DNA of 64,000 nt from NCBI GenBank assembly GCA_963767925.1, contig CAVYGB010000013.1, positions 160,001-224,000 on the forward strand, read 5' to 3'. Under the pieces are notes generated by a model that had not been told where the DNA came from, did not search any database, and was given only the letters and a program-made list of their open reading frames with translations. The stretch is from an uncultured delta proteobacterium. GTDB taxonomy: Bacteria; Myxococcota_A; Polyangia; Fen-1088. Each line of letters starts with the position of its first letter. The stretch's first letter is position 1. Shown piece by piece: positions 36,168 to 46,006 of this stretch. Made by a program: the position numbers and the translations under genes.

Positions 36168-37985
36168 ATGTTCCGGGCATCCGAGGTCGCCGTCCGCCGC
36201 TCGCCGATCTGGTTGACCGCCTGGCTGGGCCTGGCCCTCGCGCCGGGGTGCCTGTGCGCGCGCCCGCCCGCGACCGACGCGCCCCTGGCGGCGGTCTGGG
36301 CGGTGGGCGACGGGACGGCGATCGCCCGCGACGCCGGCGATCCGCCCGCCACCTCCCTCGTGTGGGACGGGACGCGGGTCAACCTGTTCGCCGCCAGCAA
36401 CGAGATCGTCGCCTTCCAGCTCGTGGTCCGCGCCGGCCGCCGGGGCATCCGGGAGCTGCGAGCCGAGCTGCCCCACCTGACCGCCGCGACCGGCGGGCGC
36501 ATCACCTACCGCCCGCCCGGGCCCGATCCCTCCGACTTCGCCGGCCGGCCGATCCAGATCTTCTCGGTCGGGTACCAGGACATCCGCCGGCCCAGCCGGG
36601 CCGACTGGATCTACCACCCCGGCGGCCCCGACGCGCCCCGCGATCCCCTGGGGCCCAAGCCGGTGCAGCTCATCCCGGAGAACGCCCGCGCCGGGCGCGG
36701 GGGTTTTCCCCTGGCGGTGGCGGCCGGGCAGAACCAGGCGCTCTGGTTCGAGGTGTACACCGGCGGCGCGCGCGCGCCCGGCCGGTACCGGGGCGACCTC
36801 CGCCTCACCGCCGACGGCCAGACCACCCTGGTCCCGGTCGAGCTGGAGGTGCTCGGCTTCCGCCTGCCCGACGAGAACGCGGTGGCGGCGATGGTCTACT
36901 ACGAGAGCGAGCAGCCGCGCCTCTATCAGGGCCAGGACCTCGACCCCGTCTACCACCGCTTCGCCCACCGCCAGCGCATCGAGCTGGTCCAGGGCCACGA
37001 CCTGGCCAGCGTCCGCGCCGCCCTGGGCCGCTTCGACGGGCGCGACTTCGCGGCCGAGCGCTACGAGGGGCCGGGGCAGGGGGTGGGAAACCGGATCGTC
37101 CCCGCCTCGTTCTACGGCCCCGGCAAGGAGTGGGACGACCGGGCCAGCGCCTGGTCGCGCGCCGACGCCTGGATGGGCTTCCTCGCCGAGCACCTGCCGC
37201 GCGCCATCACCTTCCTCTACATGCCCGACGAGCCGCCGCCCGAGCAGTTCCCCTACATCCGCACGCTCGCCGACAACGTCCGCTCGAACCCGGGGCCCGG
37301 CCGGCGCCTGCCCATCCTCGTCACCCGGCCCTTCACGCCCGAGCTGACCGGGGCGATCGACATCTGGTGCTCGACGGCGCTCGACTTCGACCCGGGGCAG
37401 GCGGCGGCGCAGCGGGCGGCCGGGCGGCAGTGGTGGCTCTACAACGGGGGGCGGCCCGCCGGTCCCGCCCTCGTCATCGAGGCGCCGCCCAGCGACGCGC
37501 GCGTGCTGGGCTGGGCCGCTTTCAAGGCCGGGGTGCAGGTCTACTTTTTCTGGCACGCGGTGCACTGGCGCCACAACCACCAGAAGCGGGTCGGCGACCG
37601 CAACCAGAACGTCTGGGCCGAGCCGATCACCTTCGACGCGCGCGACGCCAGCGGCAAGGGCGACTTCGCCAACGGCGAGGGCGTGCTGCTCTACCCCGGC
37701 ACCGACCGCCTGCACCCCGACCAGGACCGGGGCATCGCCGGCCCCATCTCCACCCTGCGCCTGGCCAACCTGCGCCGGGGCCTGCAGGATCACCTCTACC
37801 TCACGCTGGCCCGGCAACGCGGCCACGAGGCCCTGGTGGCCGAGGCCCTGAGCGCGGTGGTCCCGGTCCTGTTCACGGAGGCCAAGGGCAAGGTCCGGTT
37901 CGCCGAGGAGACCGACACCTTCGAGCGGTTCCGCCTGCGGCTGGGGCGGGCGCTGGCCGGCGGATCCGACGCCCGGCCCCGCTGA
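36168..37985 (+). CDS. Secreted DUF4091/GH123-like protein
   Basis: Signal peptide; NEIVAFQLVV, YMPDEP, NGEGVLLYPG, STLRLANLRRGLQDHLYL. Confidence 0.75.
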   Translation: MFRASEVAVRRSPIWLTAWLGLALAPGCLCARPPATDAPLAAVWAVGDGTAIARDAGDPPATSLVWDGTRVNLFAASNEIVAFQLVVRAGRRGIRELRAELPHLTAATGGRITYRPPGPDPSDFAGRPIQIFSVGYQDIRRPSRADWIYHPGGPDAPRDPLGPKPVQLIPENARAGRGGFPLAVAAGQNQALWFEVYTGGARAPGRYRGDLRLTADGQTTLVPVELEVLGFRLPDENAVAAMVYYESEQPRLYQGQDLDPVYHRFAHRQRIELVQGHDLASVRAALGRFDGRDFAAERYEGPGQGVGNRIVPASFYGPGKEWDDRASAWSRADAWMGFLAEHLPRAITFLYMPDEPPPEQFPYIRTLADNVRSNPGPGRRLPILVTRPFTPELTGAIDIWCSTALDFDPGQAAAQRAAGRQWWLYNGGRPAGPALVIEAPPSDARVLGWAAFKAGVQVYFFWHAVHWRHNHQKRVGDRNQNVWAEPITFDARDASGKGDFANGEGVLLYPGTDRLHPDQDRGIAGPISTLRLANLRRGLQDHLYLTLARQRGHEALVAEALSAVVPVLFTEAKGKVRFAEETDTFERFRLRLGRALAGGSDARPR

Positions 37986-38063
37986 TGGCGCGCGGATCGC
38001 ACGGCGGTACCCCCATGTATTCCCTTCGTTTACAACCGGCCGGAGACGGGCCAAGGTTGGGGC

Positions 38064-39980
38064 ATGGACATCCCGAGAGATCGCGCCTGGCGCCCCCTGC
38101 TTCCCGCGCTGTTCCTTGGTGCTGTCGGGGGTGCTGTCGGGCTGGGGGCCTGCCGGACCACCGGCGATCTCCCGGCCATCGCCCCCCCGGGGAGCCCCAC
38201 CTCGGAGGCCGTCCCCAAGGACGAGCACACCTGGTCGCAGCCCAACCAGGTCCGCGTCAAACACGTCAAGCTGGCTCTGACCCTCGACTTCGAGGGGCGC
38301 AACGCCGTCGGCAACGTCGAGCTCTCCTTCGATCGCAAGAACCTGACCGCGCCGCTGGTGCTCGACGCCCGCGGCCTGGAGATCCAGAACGTCTCGGGGG
38401 CGAACGGCAAGGGTCGCTCCTTCCAGCTCGGCAAGGAGGTCGAGGGCCTGGGCGCCCCCCTGACCATCACCCTCGAGCCCGACGACACCCAGGTCCGGAT
38501 CGGCTACCGCACCACCGCGCGCGCCGAGGCCCTGCAGTGGCTCGAGCCCGAGCAGACGCGCGAGAAGCGCAAACCCTTCCTGTTCACCCAGGGGCAGTCG
38601 ATCTTGACCCGCACCTGGATCCCGCTGCAGGACACCCCCGGGGTGCGCGTGACCTACGAGGCCAGCGTGCGCGCCCCCGAGGGCATCACGGTGGTGATGA
38701 GCGCCGAGCAGCTCGGCCGGGGCGCCGACGGCGCCTGGCGCTTCCGCATGACCCAGCCCATCCCCTCGTACCTGATCGCGCTGGCGGCGGGAGACCTGGC
38801 CTTCGAGGCCATCTCCCCCCGGGCCGGCATCTGGGCCGAGCCGTCTCTCGTGAAGTCGGCGCGCGACGAGCTCGCCGACACCGAGAAGATGATCCAGGCG
38901 GCCGAGGCGCTGTTCGGGCCCTACCGCTGGGGCCGCTACGACATCATCGTGTTGCCCCCCTCGTTCCCCTTCGGCGGGATGGAGAACCCCCGCCTGACCT
39001 TCGCCACCCCCACCATCTTGGCCGGGGACAAGTCCCTGGTGACCCTGGTGGCCCACGAGCTGGCCCACTCCTGGTCGGGCAACCTCGTCACCAACGCCAC
39101 CTGGCGCGACTTCTGGCTCAACGAGGGCTTCACCAGCTACTTCGAGGGGCGAATCATGGAACGGGTGTTCGGCGTCGAGCGCGCCAAGCTCGAGAAGCAG
39201 CTCGCCCGCGACGAGCTGGAGCGCGAGCTGGTCGAGCTGCAGCCCTGGCAGCAGGTGCTGCACGTCGACCTCACCCAGCGCCACCCCGACGAGGCCTTCT
39301 CCGGCGTGCCCTACGAGAAGGGCTCCCTGTTCCTGCAGCGGCTCGAGGCGGCCTTCGGGCGGCCGGCGTTCGACGTCTTTCTGCGGAGCTGGTTCGACAG
39401 CCACGCCTTCCGCAGCGTGACCACCGCCGACTTCGTCGGCTTCATGAAGCAGAAGCTGTTCCCGACCAACCCGGGCAAGGCCGCCGGCATCGACCTCGCC
39501 ACCTGGCTGGAAAAGCCCGGCCTTCCCGCCGACGCGCCCCGCACCGCCAGCCAGGCGCTCACCCGGGTGGACGCCGAGCGGCAGCGCTTCCTGTCCGGGG
39601 TGGCGGCCGCCAAGCTCGACACGAAGGGCTGGGTCACCCAGCAGTGGCAGCACCTGATCAAGACCTTGCCCGCCGACATCGCCCTCGACCGCATGGCCGA
39701 CCTCGACAGCGCCTTCCGCCTGACCGCCTCCGGCAACAGCGAGATCCTCAGCGACTGGCTGCTGCTCGCCATCAAGCGCCGCTACGCCCCCGCCGACGAC
39801 CGCCTGGCCGAGTTCCTCCTCACCTGCGGCCGCCGCAAGTTCCTCAAGCCCCTCTACACCGAGCTGGCCCGCACCGAAGACGGCAAGAAAAAAGCCCGCG
39901 CCATCTACGCCCGCGCCCGCCCCCTCTACCACGCCGTCTCCACCGGCACGATCGACCAGATCCTGGGGTGGAAGAGCTAG
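38064..39980 (+). CDS. M1 aminopeptidase, leukotriene A4 hydrolase-like
   Basis: GGMENP, HELAH(18)E, PYEKG, C-terminal GRRKF..PLY; lipobox-like LGAC. Confidence 0.95.
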   Translation: MDIPRDRAWRPLLPALFLGAVGGAVGLGACRTTGDLPAIAPPGSPTSEAVPKDEHTWSQPNQVRVKHVKLALTLDFEGRNAVGNVELSFDRKNLTAPLVLDARGLEIQNVSGANGKGRSFQLGKEVEGLGAPLTITLEPDDTQVRIGYRTTARAEALQWLEPEQTREKRKPFLFTQGQSILTRTWIPLQDTPGVRVTYEASVRAPEGITVVMSAEQLGRGADGAWRFRMTQPIPSYLIALAAGDLAFEAISPRAGIWAEPSLVKSARDELADTEKMIQAAEALFGPYRWGRYDIIVLPPSFPFGGMENPRLTFATPTILAGDKSLVTLVAHELAHSWSGNLVTNATWRDFWLNEGFTSYFEGRIMERVFGVERAKLEKQLARDELERELVELQPWQQVLHVDLTQRHPDEAFSGVPYEKGSLFLQRLEAAFGRPAFDVFLRSWFDSHAFRSVTTADFVGFMKQKLFPTNPGKAAGIDLATWLEKPGLPADAPRTASQALTRVDAERQRFLSGVAAAKLDTKGWVTQQWQHLIKTLPADIALDRMADLDSAFRLTASGNSEILSDWLLLAIKRRYAPADDRLAEFLLTCGRRKFLKPLYTELARTEDGKKKARAIYARARPLYHAVSTGTIDQILGWKS

Positions 39981-40243
39981 GAAGCGGGGAAGAGGGCGCA
40001 GCAGACTGCGCCCCCTCCCCCGAGCCCTCTCCCCGGAGGAGGTAAGGCGAAACCGCGGCTGCGACGCCGTGTCTCTCCGGCAGGCGGAGCCCGCCTCCGA
40101 ACGCAGAAAGTGGAGCGCTTGGTGAGGCGAAGGCAGGTGGTGGAAGGAGGGCAGGTTGGTCGGAGGATCACCCCGCGCGGGGGCGTCCAGCCATCACCTT
40201 TCCCCGCGGTTCGCGGTTGGTGCCGGGCGGGGGTGCCCCCCCT

Positions 40244-40380
40244 ATCACCTCTCCCCGCGGTCTGCCGTGGGGAGAGGTCGGCGCGTCTGCGCGCCGGGTG
40301 AGGGGCCTCCGGCGTGGCAACCGCCCCTCACCCTCGACCCTCTCCCCGCGGCCGCAGACGTCCGCGGGGAGAGGGCAAAC
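40244..40380. repeat. Inverted pair of REP-like elements
   Basis: CCTCTCCCCGCGG..CCGTGGGGAGAGG..GGGTGAGGGG and CCCCTCACCC..CCCTCTCCCCGCGG..CCGCGGGGAGAGGG; same type as 10539-10724. Confidence 0.75.
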
Positions 40381-40384
40381 GGGC

Positions 40385-40653
40385 AGCGGGTTGGCCGACG
40401 TCATCGCCCGAGCCCGCGCCGGGAGCGAACAACGGATCAGCGGTGTTCAGGGTGGCTCCGGGCCGCTCGCTCGAGCGGGTTGGCCGACGTCATCGCGAGC
40501 CTGCGCCGGGAGCGAACAACGGATCAGCGGTGTTCAGGGTGGCTCCGGGCCGCTCGCTCGAGCGGGTTGGCCGACGTCATCGCGAGCCCGCGCCGGGAGC
40601 GAACAACGGTTCAGCGGTGTTCGGCGTGGCTCCGGGTCCGCTCGCTCGAGCGG
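40385..40653. repeat. Three tandem units of 87-89 bp
   Basis: Units start AGCGGGTTGGCCGACGTCATCG at 40385, 40474 and 40561 and are near-identical throughout. Confidence 0.93.
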
Positions 40654-40700
40654 CCCGTGGGGGGGGCTGAGAGTGGTGGGAGGGGAGGTAGAATGGGCGG

Positions 40701-41054
40701 GTGATTGAAGCGCTGGTGGCGGTGCTGTTGCTGGTGTTCGTGGCCGCGCTGGGCTGGATGAGCCCGGACGGCCTCCTGGCCTTCGGCACCGCCGTGGCCG
40801 TGGCCGGCCTCGGCGCGAGCCTCGTGGTCGGCGTCGTCTACCACCTCCGCCTGCGCGCCGCCGTGGCCCGCAAGCGCCTGCTTCCCCCCCGCTGGTGGCT
40901 AGCCCCCTCCCGCCTCCACAGCCTCCTCGACGCCGACGAGCGAATGACCGTCCTCCCCTTCTTCGTCGCCGGCGTCGTCCTGGTAGCCATCTGCTTCGCC
41001 GGCCTCCTCCTCGTCACCCTCGGCGCCATAAAAGCCTACGTCCTCACCCGCTAG
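40701..41054 (+). CDS. Small membrane protein (about 3 TM)
   Basis: Hydrophobic 117-aa ORF with an LPPRWW.AP..LH loop. Confidence 0.7.
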   Translation: MIEALVAVLLLVFVAALGWMSPDGLLAFGTAVAVAGLGASLVVGVVYHLRLRAAVARKRLLPPRWWLAPSRLHSLLDADERMTVLPFFVAGVVLVAICFAGLLLVTLGAIKAYVLTR

Positions 41055-41078
41055 TCCCCTGGAACAGTGAAGGGTGTT

Positions 41079-41396
41079 CTAGCGACGCTCGCGTAGCTGG
41101 TCCAGCGTGCTCTGGAGAGAGCTCTTCAGCCGGTCCGCCGCACCGGCGACAGCCTGGGCCAGGGTGGCTGCCTCGCAAGTCACCGCCGTGGGTTGCCGTC
41201 CCATGAGGCGGGCTTCCAGCATGCACCGTTTGTCGTTTTGGCCACTCTTGTCACCATTTTCGTCGCTGAGATGAACTTCCACGCGTGTGACGTGAGCGCT
41301 CAAGTGGCTCAGCGATCTGGTGATCGTGGCCTCCACCTGGGCCACGAGCCCCTCGTGTCCTTCAATGTTCTTGTCAGTGTTAACTTGAATTTGCAT
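41079..41396 (-). CDS. HPF/RaiA family ribosome-associated protein (short form)
   Basis: MQIQVNTD, VTRVEVHLSDENG.K...DKRCMLEAR, AVAGAADRL; AAGGA RBS. Confidence 0.88.
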   Translation of the reverse strand: MQIQVNTDKNIEGHEGLVAQVEATITRSLSHLSAHVTRVEVHLSDENGDKSGQNDKRCMLEARLMGRQPTAVTCEAATLAQAVAGAADRLKSSLQSTLDQLRERR

Positions 41397-41422
41397 GGGT
41401 CTTGTTCCTTCGTTGGAGTGGG

Positions 41423-42574
41423 TCAATATCGATAGATTGCGGCCACACCGGTACGCGTGGGCATCCTCGCCGCCTGGATGACCAGGACCTCGCCACCCAT
41501 CTTGCTGACCAGCTCGGCCAGGTCATCGAGCACGTCATCGACTCGCGGGTTGTTTAGCGCGCCGCCGACGACCTTCCCGGTCCCCTTGTCGAGGTGACCA
41601 GCGACCTGACGATCCGCCCCGATGAATAGCGTGGCGACGCGCCCTGACGCGGCGGCCGCGGCGATCTGAGGCAGGTCGTCGCTGCCCCGGCCAGTCGTTC
41701 TGGCTTGCTCGAAGCCGTTCGTCAGTCCAGCGAGCCGCGCCTCGTACTGCGGCTCGACGGCCTGCCACGCGAGTGCTCGCAGGGCGTCGTTCGTCACGAA
41801 ATTCGGATTTACCGTGATCCCCTCGGCCATCAGAAATGGATTGTGACTGAGGCCCCGGAAACGATGGTGATGCTCCGGTAGCGCTGCCAGGATCAGGGGC
41901 AGGCCCGTGGTGCGCGAGTGATGCTCCAGCACGGCCCGATCAATCGAGCGGAAGAACCTGTCCGCATCGATGTCGACTTCGTCGGCCTTTCCGCCGTGGC
42001 CGTGGTGCATCGCGTTGTTCGCCCCGCCGACTCCCCCGTAGGAGGCGACCGTCTGGTGCGGCTCGGTGAGCTTCGAGCCAAGCGCGTCTGTGATCGTGCG
42101 AGGCACCCCGGCGGCCAGCTCGACCTCGTCAAGGGCGTCGCGATCTCCTTCGAAAAGGCGAATCTTGTCGAGGCTCAACCCGAGCACCTGGTAGCGGTCG
42201 ACCGACTGGAGGAATTGCCACAACGGCTTGATGTGAAACCTGTCGGCCACGACAACCAGTTCGGTGACCGGACGAGGTAGGCGGAACACTCGAAAGAGGT
42301 CCGGCGCGCCCAGCACCGCCAGCCCGTCGAGCGTGTGGTTCCAGAAGTCGTGGTCGTGCGCGAGTGCGTCAAACGGCTTCAGAAGCAATCGAGCCTCGGC
42401 CGCGGGATAGGCATGCAGGAGAGATGCCTCCATCTCCTTGACGAGGTTTCGAAATCGGATCGTGTCCTCGCGGTTCTCGGGATGCCGTCGGTGCGTCGGC
42501 TGGTACAGCGACAGACACGGTGCCGGGTGAGGGGCCAAGAGCTCGGTAAGCGATTCTTTCGTCGGTGAGGTCAT
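41423..42574 (-). CDS. Bacterial aeRF1-like protein (baeRF3-type)
   Basis: CLSLYQPTHR..IRFRNL, GLAVL, FHIKPL, RFFRSID, PLILAA, GRVATL, DDVLDDLAELV..GGEV, GVAAIYRY; 383 aa. Confidence 0.82.
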   Translation of the reverse strand: MTSPTKESLTELLAPHPAPCLSLYQPTHRRHPENREDTIRFRNLVKEMEASLLHAYPAAEARLLLKPFDALAHDHDFWNHTLDGLAVLGAPDLFRVFRLPRPVTELVVVADRFHIKPLWQFLQSVDRYQVLGLSLDKIRLFEGDRDALDEVELAAGVPRTITDALGSKLTEPHQTVASYGGVGGANNAMHHGHGGKADEVDIDADRFFRSIDRAVLEHHSRTTGLPLILAALPEHHHRFRGLSHNPFLMAEGITVNPNFVTNDALRALAWQAVEPQYEARLAGLTNGFEQARTTGRGSDDLPQIAAAAASGRVATLFIGADRQVAGHLDKGTGKVVGGALNNPRVDDVLDDLAELVSKMGGEVLVIQAARMPTRTGVAAIYRY

Positions 42575-43090
42575 CGTCGTTCCTTGCCTGGAATATGCGT
42601 CTGCCGGGGCTCGTTGTTCTGCGCTTCTCGAACTTCGGCCCGGTGAGAGTCCAGTGGAAGCTACGGGTCTGGAGGCACAGCGTTCACTTGTGGCGCACGT
42701 CGGTCGGGCTGACGAGGTGGCGATCCGACGGCCGCGGCGACGAGTGGGCGCAGCAGCCGCAGGACTGACCGTCGACCCCCACTGGCCGCAGACTCGGAAC
42801 GCGCAATTGACTGCGCGGTCCAGATGGAATCGCGCAGATAGCTGCGTTCTGTCGGCTCCTGTCAGCCCCATCCCTCGGCGCAGCCGGTGGTACGTACGGG
42901 CACCAGCGGGGCCCAACAGCCTGGAGCTGCTCCTATCCGCGGCGGGAACAGGTAGAGGGGGGGTGCTGAGCCAAAGGGAGCTCAACGGCGGGAAGGATGA
43001 CCGGTTCTTACCGCCATCATTTCGGTGCGTGTCGAGGGGGAGGGTCGCGCGACAACACAGTGCGCATGATCGGCGCCGGGCCGGCTCGGT

Positions 43091-43816
43091 TCAGAGGCAG
43101 AAGCCGGGGGTGCAGCCTTGGGGGGAGGGGACGGCGACGCAGGTGGGGTCGGCAAGCGGGGTGGTGACGCCCTCGCAGGTGATGCTGCCGTTGCCGGCGC
43201 TGTCGAACACGCCGGCCGCGACCGGGACGCCGGCGGGCGTCTCCCAGACCACGTTGCGATCGGCGCTGCCGGCGGCCTGCGAGATGCGCGCCCGGTAGCA
43301 GTCGCTGCCGTCGGCGCGCTTGATCAGGCCGACGAGGTCTGGGAGCAAGATGCTCTCGCCGACGACCTTGATCCCGTTGGCGTAGCAGAACGTGATCGGC
43401 ACCGGCGTGAGGGCGTTCAACATGCAGCTTCCCATCGGGCGGCAGGGATGAACCAGGGCGAACAGGGCCGGGCAGGTCACGCCGCCACAGGTTTCGGGCG
43501 GCGGCGGCGGGGGCGGCGGCGGCGCAGCATCGGGCGGCAGCGGGGCCGGGCCGTCGGGCTCGGGCGTCACGGCCGGGCCGTCGTCAGGGGGGGCGAGGGG
43601 GGCGTCGGGGTCGGGAAGGCCGGCGTCGACGTCCGTGGGCTCGCCGTTCTCCGGGGGGATGGTCCCGGCGTCCGGATCGGTGGGCTCGGGCTCCGGCTCG
43701 GGATCGACGGTGACCGAGCCGTCTTTGTCCCGGACCCGGGTGCCGCCGCAGCTCGGGGCGGCAAGCGTCAACCCGAGGACCAGGCTCAAGGACAGCGCAG
43801 CGGTGAGCGGTCGCAT
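43091..43816 (-). CDS. Pro/Asp-rich putative lipoprotein
   Basis: Signal peptide ending APSC; PDA-rich linker; Cys-containing C-terminal domain; GGAGG RBS. Confidence 0.75.
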   Translation of the reverse strand: MRPLTAALSLSLVLGLTLAAPSCGGTRVRDKDGSVTVDPEPEPEPTDPDAGTIPPENGEPTDVDAGLPDPDAPLAPPDDGPAVTPEPDGPAPLPPDAAPPPPPPPPPETCGGVTCPALFALVHPCRPMGSCMLNALTPVPITFCYANGIKVVGESILLPDLVGLIKRADGSDCYRARISQAAGSADRNVVWETPAGVPVAAGVFDSAGNGSITCEGVTTPLADPTCVAVPSPQGCTPGFCL

Positions 43817-43887
43817 CAAATCCTCCAGCAGCGTCGAGCGCGGGGGCCTCGGCGAAGAGGAGATCTTTGTCGACGGATCGAAGGAGG

Positions 43888-45126
43888 TCAACCCGCGCCT
43901 GGCCGGGCCCGACGCGCTTGCAGGTACGGTCGCAGGGCGGGCAGCGCCACCAGGGCCGCCGCCGCCCAGGTCAGGGCGACGGTGGCGGTGCCGGAGCGGG
44001 CCCCGGCGACGAGCTGGCCGGTGAGGCCGAGGAGAGGCCCGACGCAGTAGCCGAGGCCGATCAGCGCCTCGAAGCTCCCGCCGGCGTCGACGGCGACGTC
44101 CCCGACCGCGAGGACGTAATACAGGGCGGCGTAGTAGGTGATGCCCATACCCGTGCCGAACAGGGCCAGCCCGGCGACAACCCCGGCCAGGCTGGGCGCC
44201 AGCAGCACCAGGGCCAGCCCGCCCGCGAGCGCGCCGCCGCCGACTGCCAGGGTCCCCCAGCGGCCGTGCCACAGGTGCACGCGCCACATGAAAAACAGGG
44301 TGGAGAAGCGGGCGATCATCCAGATCGCCGCCACCATGCTCTCGGGGACCTGGCCGCCGACCTCGGCCAGCCGGTGGGGCAGCACCGGAGAGAGGGTGGA
44401 GGACATGAGGTAGCTGAGGGGCAACAGCCAGGACGCCGTCCGCAGGAGCCAGCGGTACTCGGGGCCCACCGAGGCCGAGGCGCCCTCGCGCCCGTGGGGC
44501 GCCGGGTGGGCGGGCAGCCGGAGCAGCGCCAGCAAGGCGCCGGCGTTGGCCACCGCCGAGACGGCGATGGTCCACAGGACGTCTTGCCTCGCGAACAGCG
44601 GCAGCAGCAGCAGCGGCACCGCGGTGGCCGGCGTCCAGATGACGTTGAACCAGCCGATGGCCGCGCGCAGGCCGGTGCCGTGGCGCCCCCCGCCCAGGAA
44701 CCCTTCGACGAGCGGCCAGGTGAGGGCGGAGGTGGCGGCCCCCACCAGGGCCGCGACCCACAGGAGCGCTTCGCTCTCTCGCGCCGCCAGGGGCAGGAGG
44801 GAGACCAGGCCCCAGAGGGCGAGCGCGCCGCCCAGCAGCGCCCGGGGGCTGGCCCGGGTCTGCAGCGCGCGCGACAGGGCGCCGGTGGAGCGGGCCGCGA
44901 TCGCATAGATGAGCCCCATCGTCCCGGCCAGCAGCAGGTTGCGCGCGGTGGAGAACCGGTAGTGCTGGGCGGTCACGAAGAAGATGCCGGCCCAGAAGGC
45001 GCCCCCGCTGATCGAGCCCAGGAAGGTCACCAGCAACACGCTGGGGAGGGGCGCCGGTTCGACCCGCACGGGCGAGGCCGGGGCGAGATCCGCCGGTGGC
45101 AGCGGTGGAACGTCGGGCGCGCTCAT
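43888..45126 (-). CDS. MFS-like membrane transporter
   Basis: About 12 hydrophobic segments in a 6+6 layout over 412 aa. Confidence 0.75.
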   Translation of the reverse strand: MSAPDVPPLPPADLAPASPVRVEPAPLPSVLLVTFLGSISGGAFWAGIFFVTAQHYRFSTARNLLLAGTMGLIYAIAARSTGALSRALQTRASPRALLGGALALWGLVSLLPLAARESEALLWVAALVGAATSALTWPLVEGFLGGGRHGTGLRAAIGWFNVIWTPATAVPLLLLPLFARQDVLWTIAVSAVANAGALLALLRLPAHPAPHGREGASASVGPEYRWLLRTASWLLPLSYLMSSTLSPVLPHRLAEVGGQVPESMVAAIWMIARFSTLFFMWRVHLWHGRWGTLAVGGGALAGGLALVLLAPSLAGVVAGLALFGTGMGITYYAALYYVLAVGDVAVDAGGSFEALIGLGYCVGPLLGLTGQLVAGARSGTATVALTWAAAALVALPALRPYLQARRARPGAG

Positions 45127-45324
45127 CGTGGACGGCTCTGGCAGGGCAAGCTCGGACCCGGGGAGACCCCGCCGCGGACGGCGAGATCCGGCGGGTAGTC
45201 GAGCCGTACAGGAGCCCGACAGGAGCAGACCCGGTAAGGTCAACCGAAGAGGTTGTGAAGCGGGTTCCAGACCATGGCGAAGATTCTTTCTGGTGCCAAG
45301 CGGAACCGGCGATAATGTACGGCC

Positions 45325-45729
45325 GTGCAACAAGCCGACTACCTCGTGACCAACCGGGGCCGCCTGGTGGGCGTCCTCGACGGCAGCCCAGGAACCCTGA
45401 CGACGAGGGAGGGAGACAAGGCCTGCGTGGTGCGGGTACGGGTGGAAGAGAAGGTCTTCGACCGCACCGGCAAGCTCCGCAACGTGAACCGGAAGTTCAC
45501 GGTGGTGTTCTTCCAGCCCATGGCCGACTGGGTCTTCCTGCATGCCAAGCAGGAGGCCAATGTCGTTGTCATCATCCGCTTCGAGATGTACGCCCCCGAC
45601 CGGCAGCGGGCCGAGCTACGCCTGGTGGGTGAAGGGATCGAGATCTCGGCCGAGGGCACCACCCGGTCCGCCAAGCTCGACGTCTCGGAAGACAAGCCGG
45701 TCCTCAAGGAGGAGCCCCCGGACTACTGA
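45325..45729 (+). CDS. Hypothetical protein (start uncertain)
   Basis: Globular beta-rich composition with strong GC3 bias; no family recognised. Confidence 0.6.
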   Translation: MQQADYLVTNRGRLVGVLDGSPGTLTTREGDKACVVRVRVEEKVFDRTGKLRNVNRKFTVVFFQPMADWVFLHAKQEANVVVIIRFEMYAPDRQRAELRLVGEGIEISAEGTTRSAKLDVSEDKPVLKEEPPDY

Positions 45730-45741
45730 GTCGGGCTGGCA

Positions 45742-45929
45742 GGCGTCCTATTTGGGGCGGGGGCCTCCCCGCGTCCCCGTATTCGTCCCCGAGGCGCTCG
45801 GAGAGCGGGATCCAGTCTTTTGCTCCCCCCGAGTCCTGGTGTGCCCGCAGCCAGGCTCCTTGGCGGAGCCGACTTCGCCGTGCCGCCGCCTCGGGGACGG
45901 GGACGGGCGCCCCTTCAAATAGGGACGCC
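45742..45929. repeat. About 190-bp palindromic intergenic element
   Basis: GGCGTCCTATTTG / CAAATAGGGACGCC ends; inner arms CGTCCCCGAGGCG / CGCCTCGGGGACG. Confidence 0.65.
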
Positions 45930-46006
45930 CCCTGGCGGGAGGACCCGAGAGGGCCCCTCGTGCGTCCGGGTTGACTCGCCGGGAGGAAGGTGGGGAGATC
46001 GGGGGC

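Noticed and set aside
40010..40160. Riboswitch or ncRNA after the M1 peptidase gene
   Set aside because: Only short hairpins, with no recognisable family consensus.
40385..40653. CRISPR array
   Set aside because: The units are near-identical end to end, with no unique spacers and no cas genes. The 8-15 bp arrays elsewhere also lack spacers.
43888..45126. MFS transporter or M1 peptidase as lasso export/processing genes
   Set aside because: Both lie more than 25 kb from the cluster with housekeeping genes in between; no evidence of linkage.
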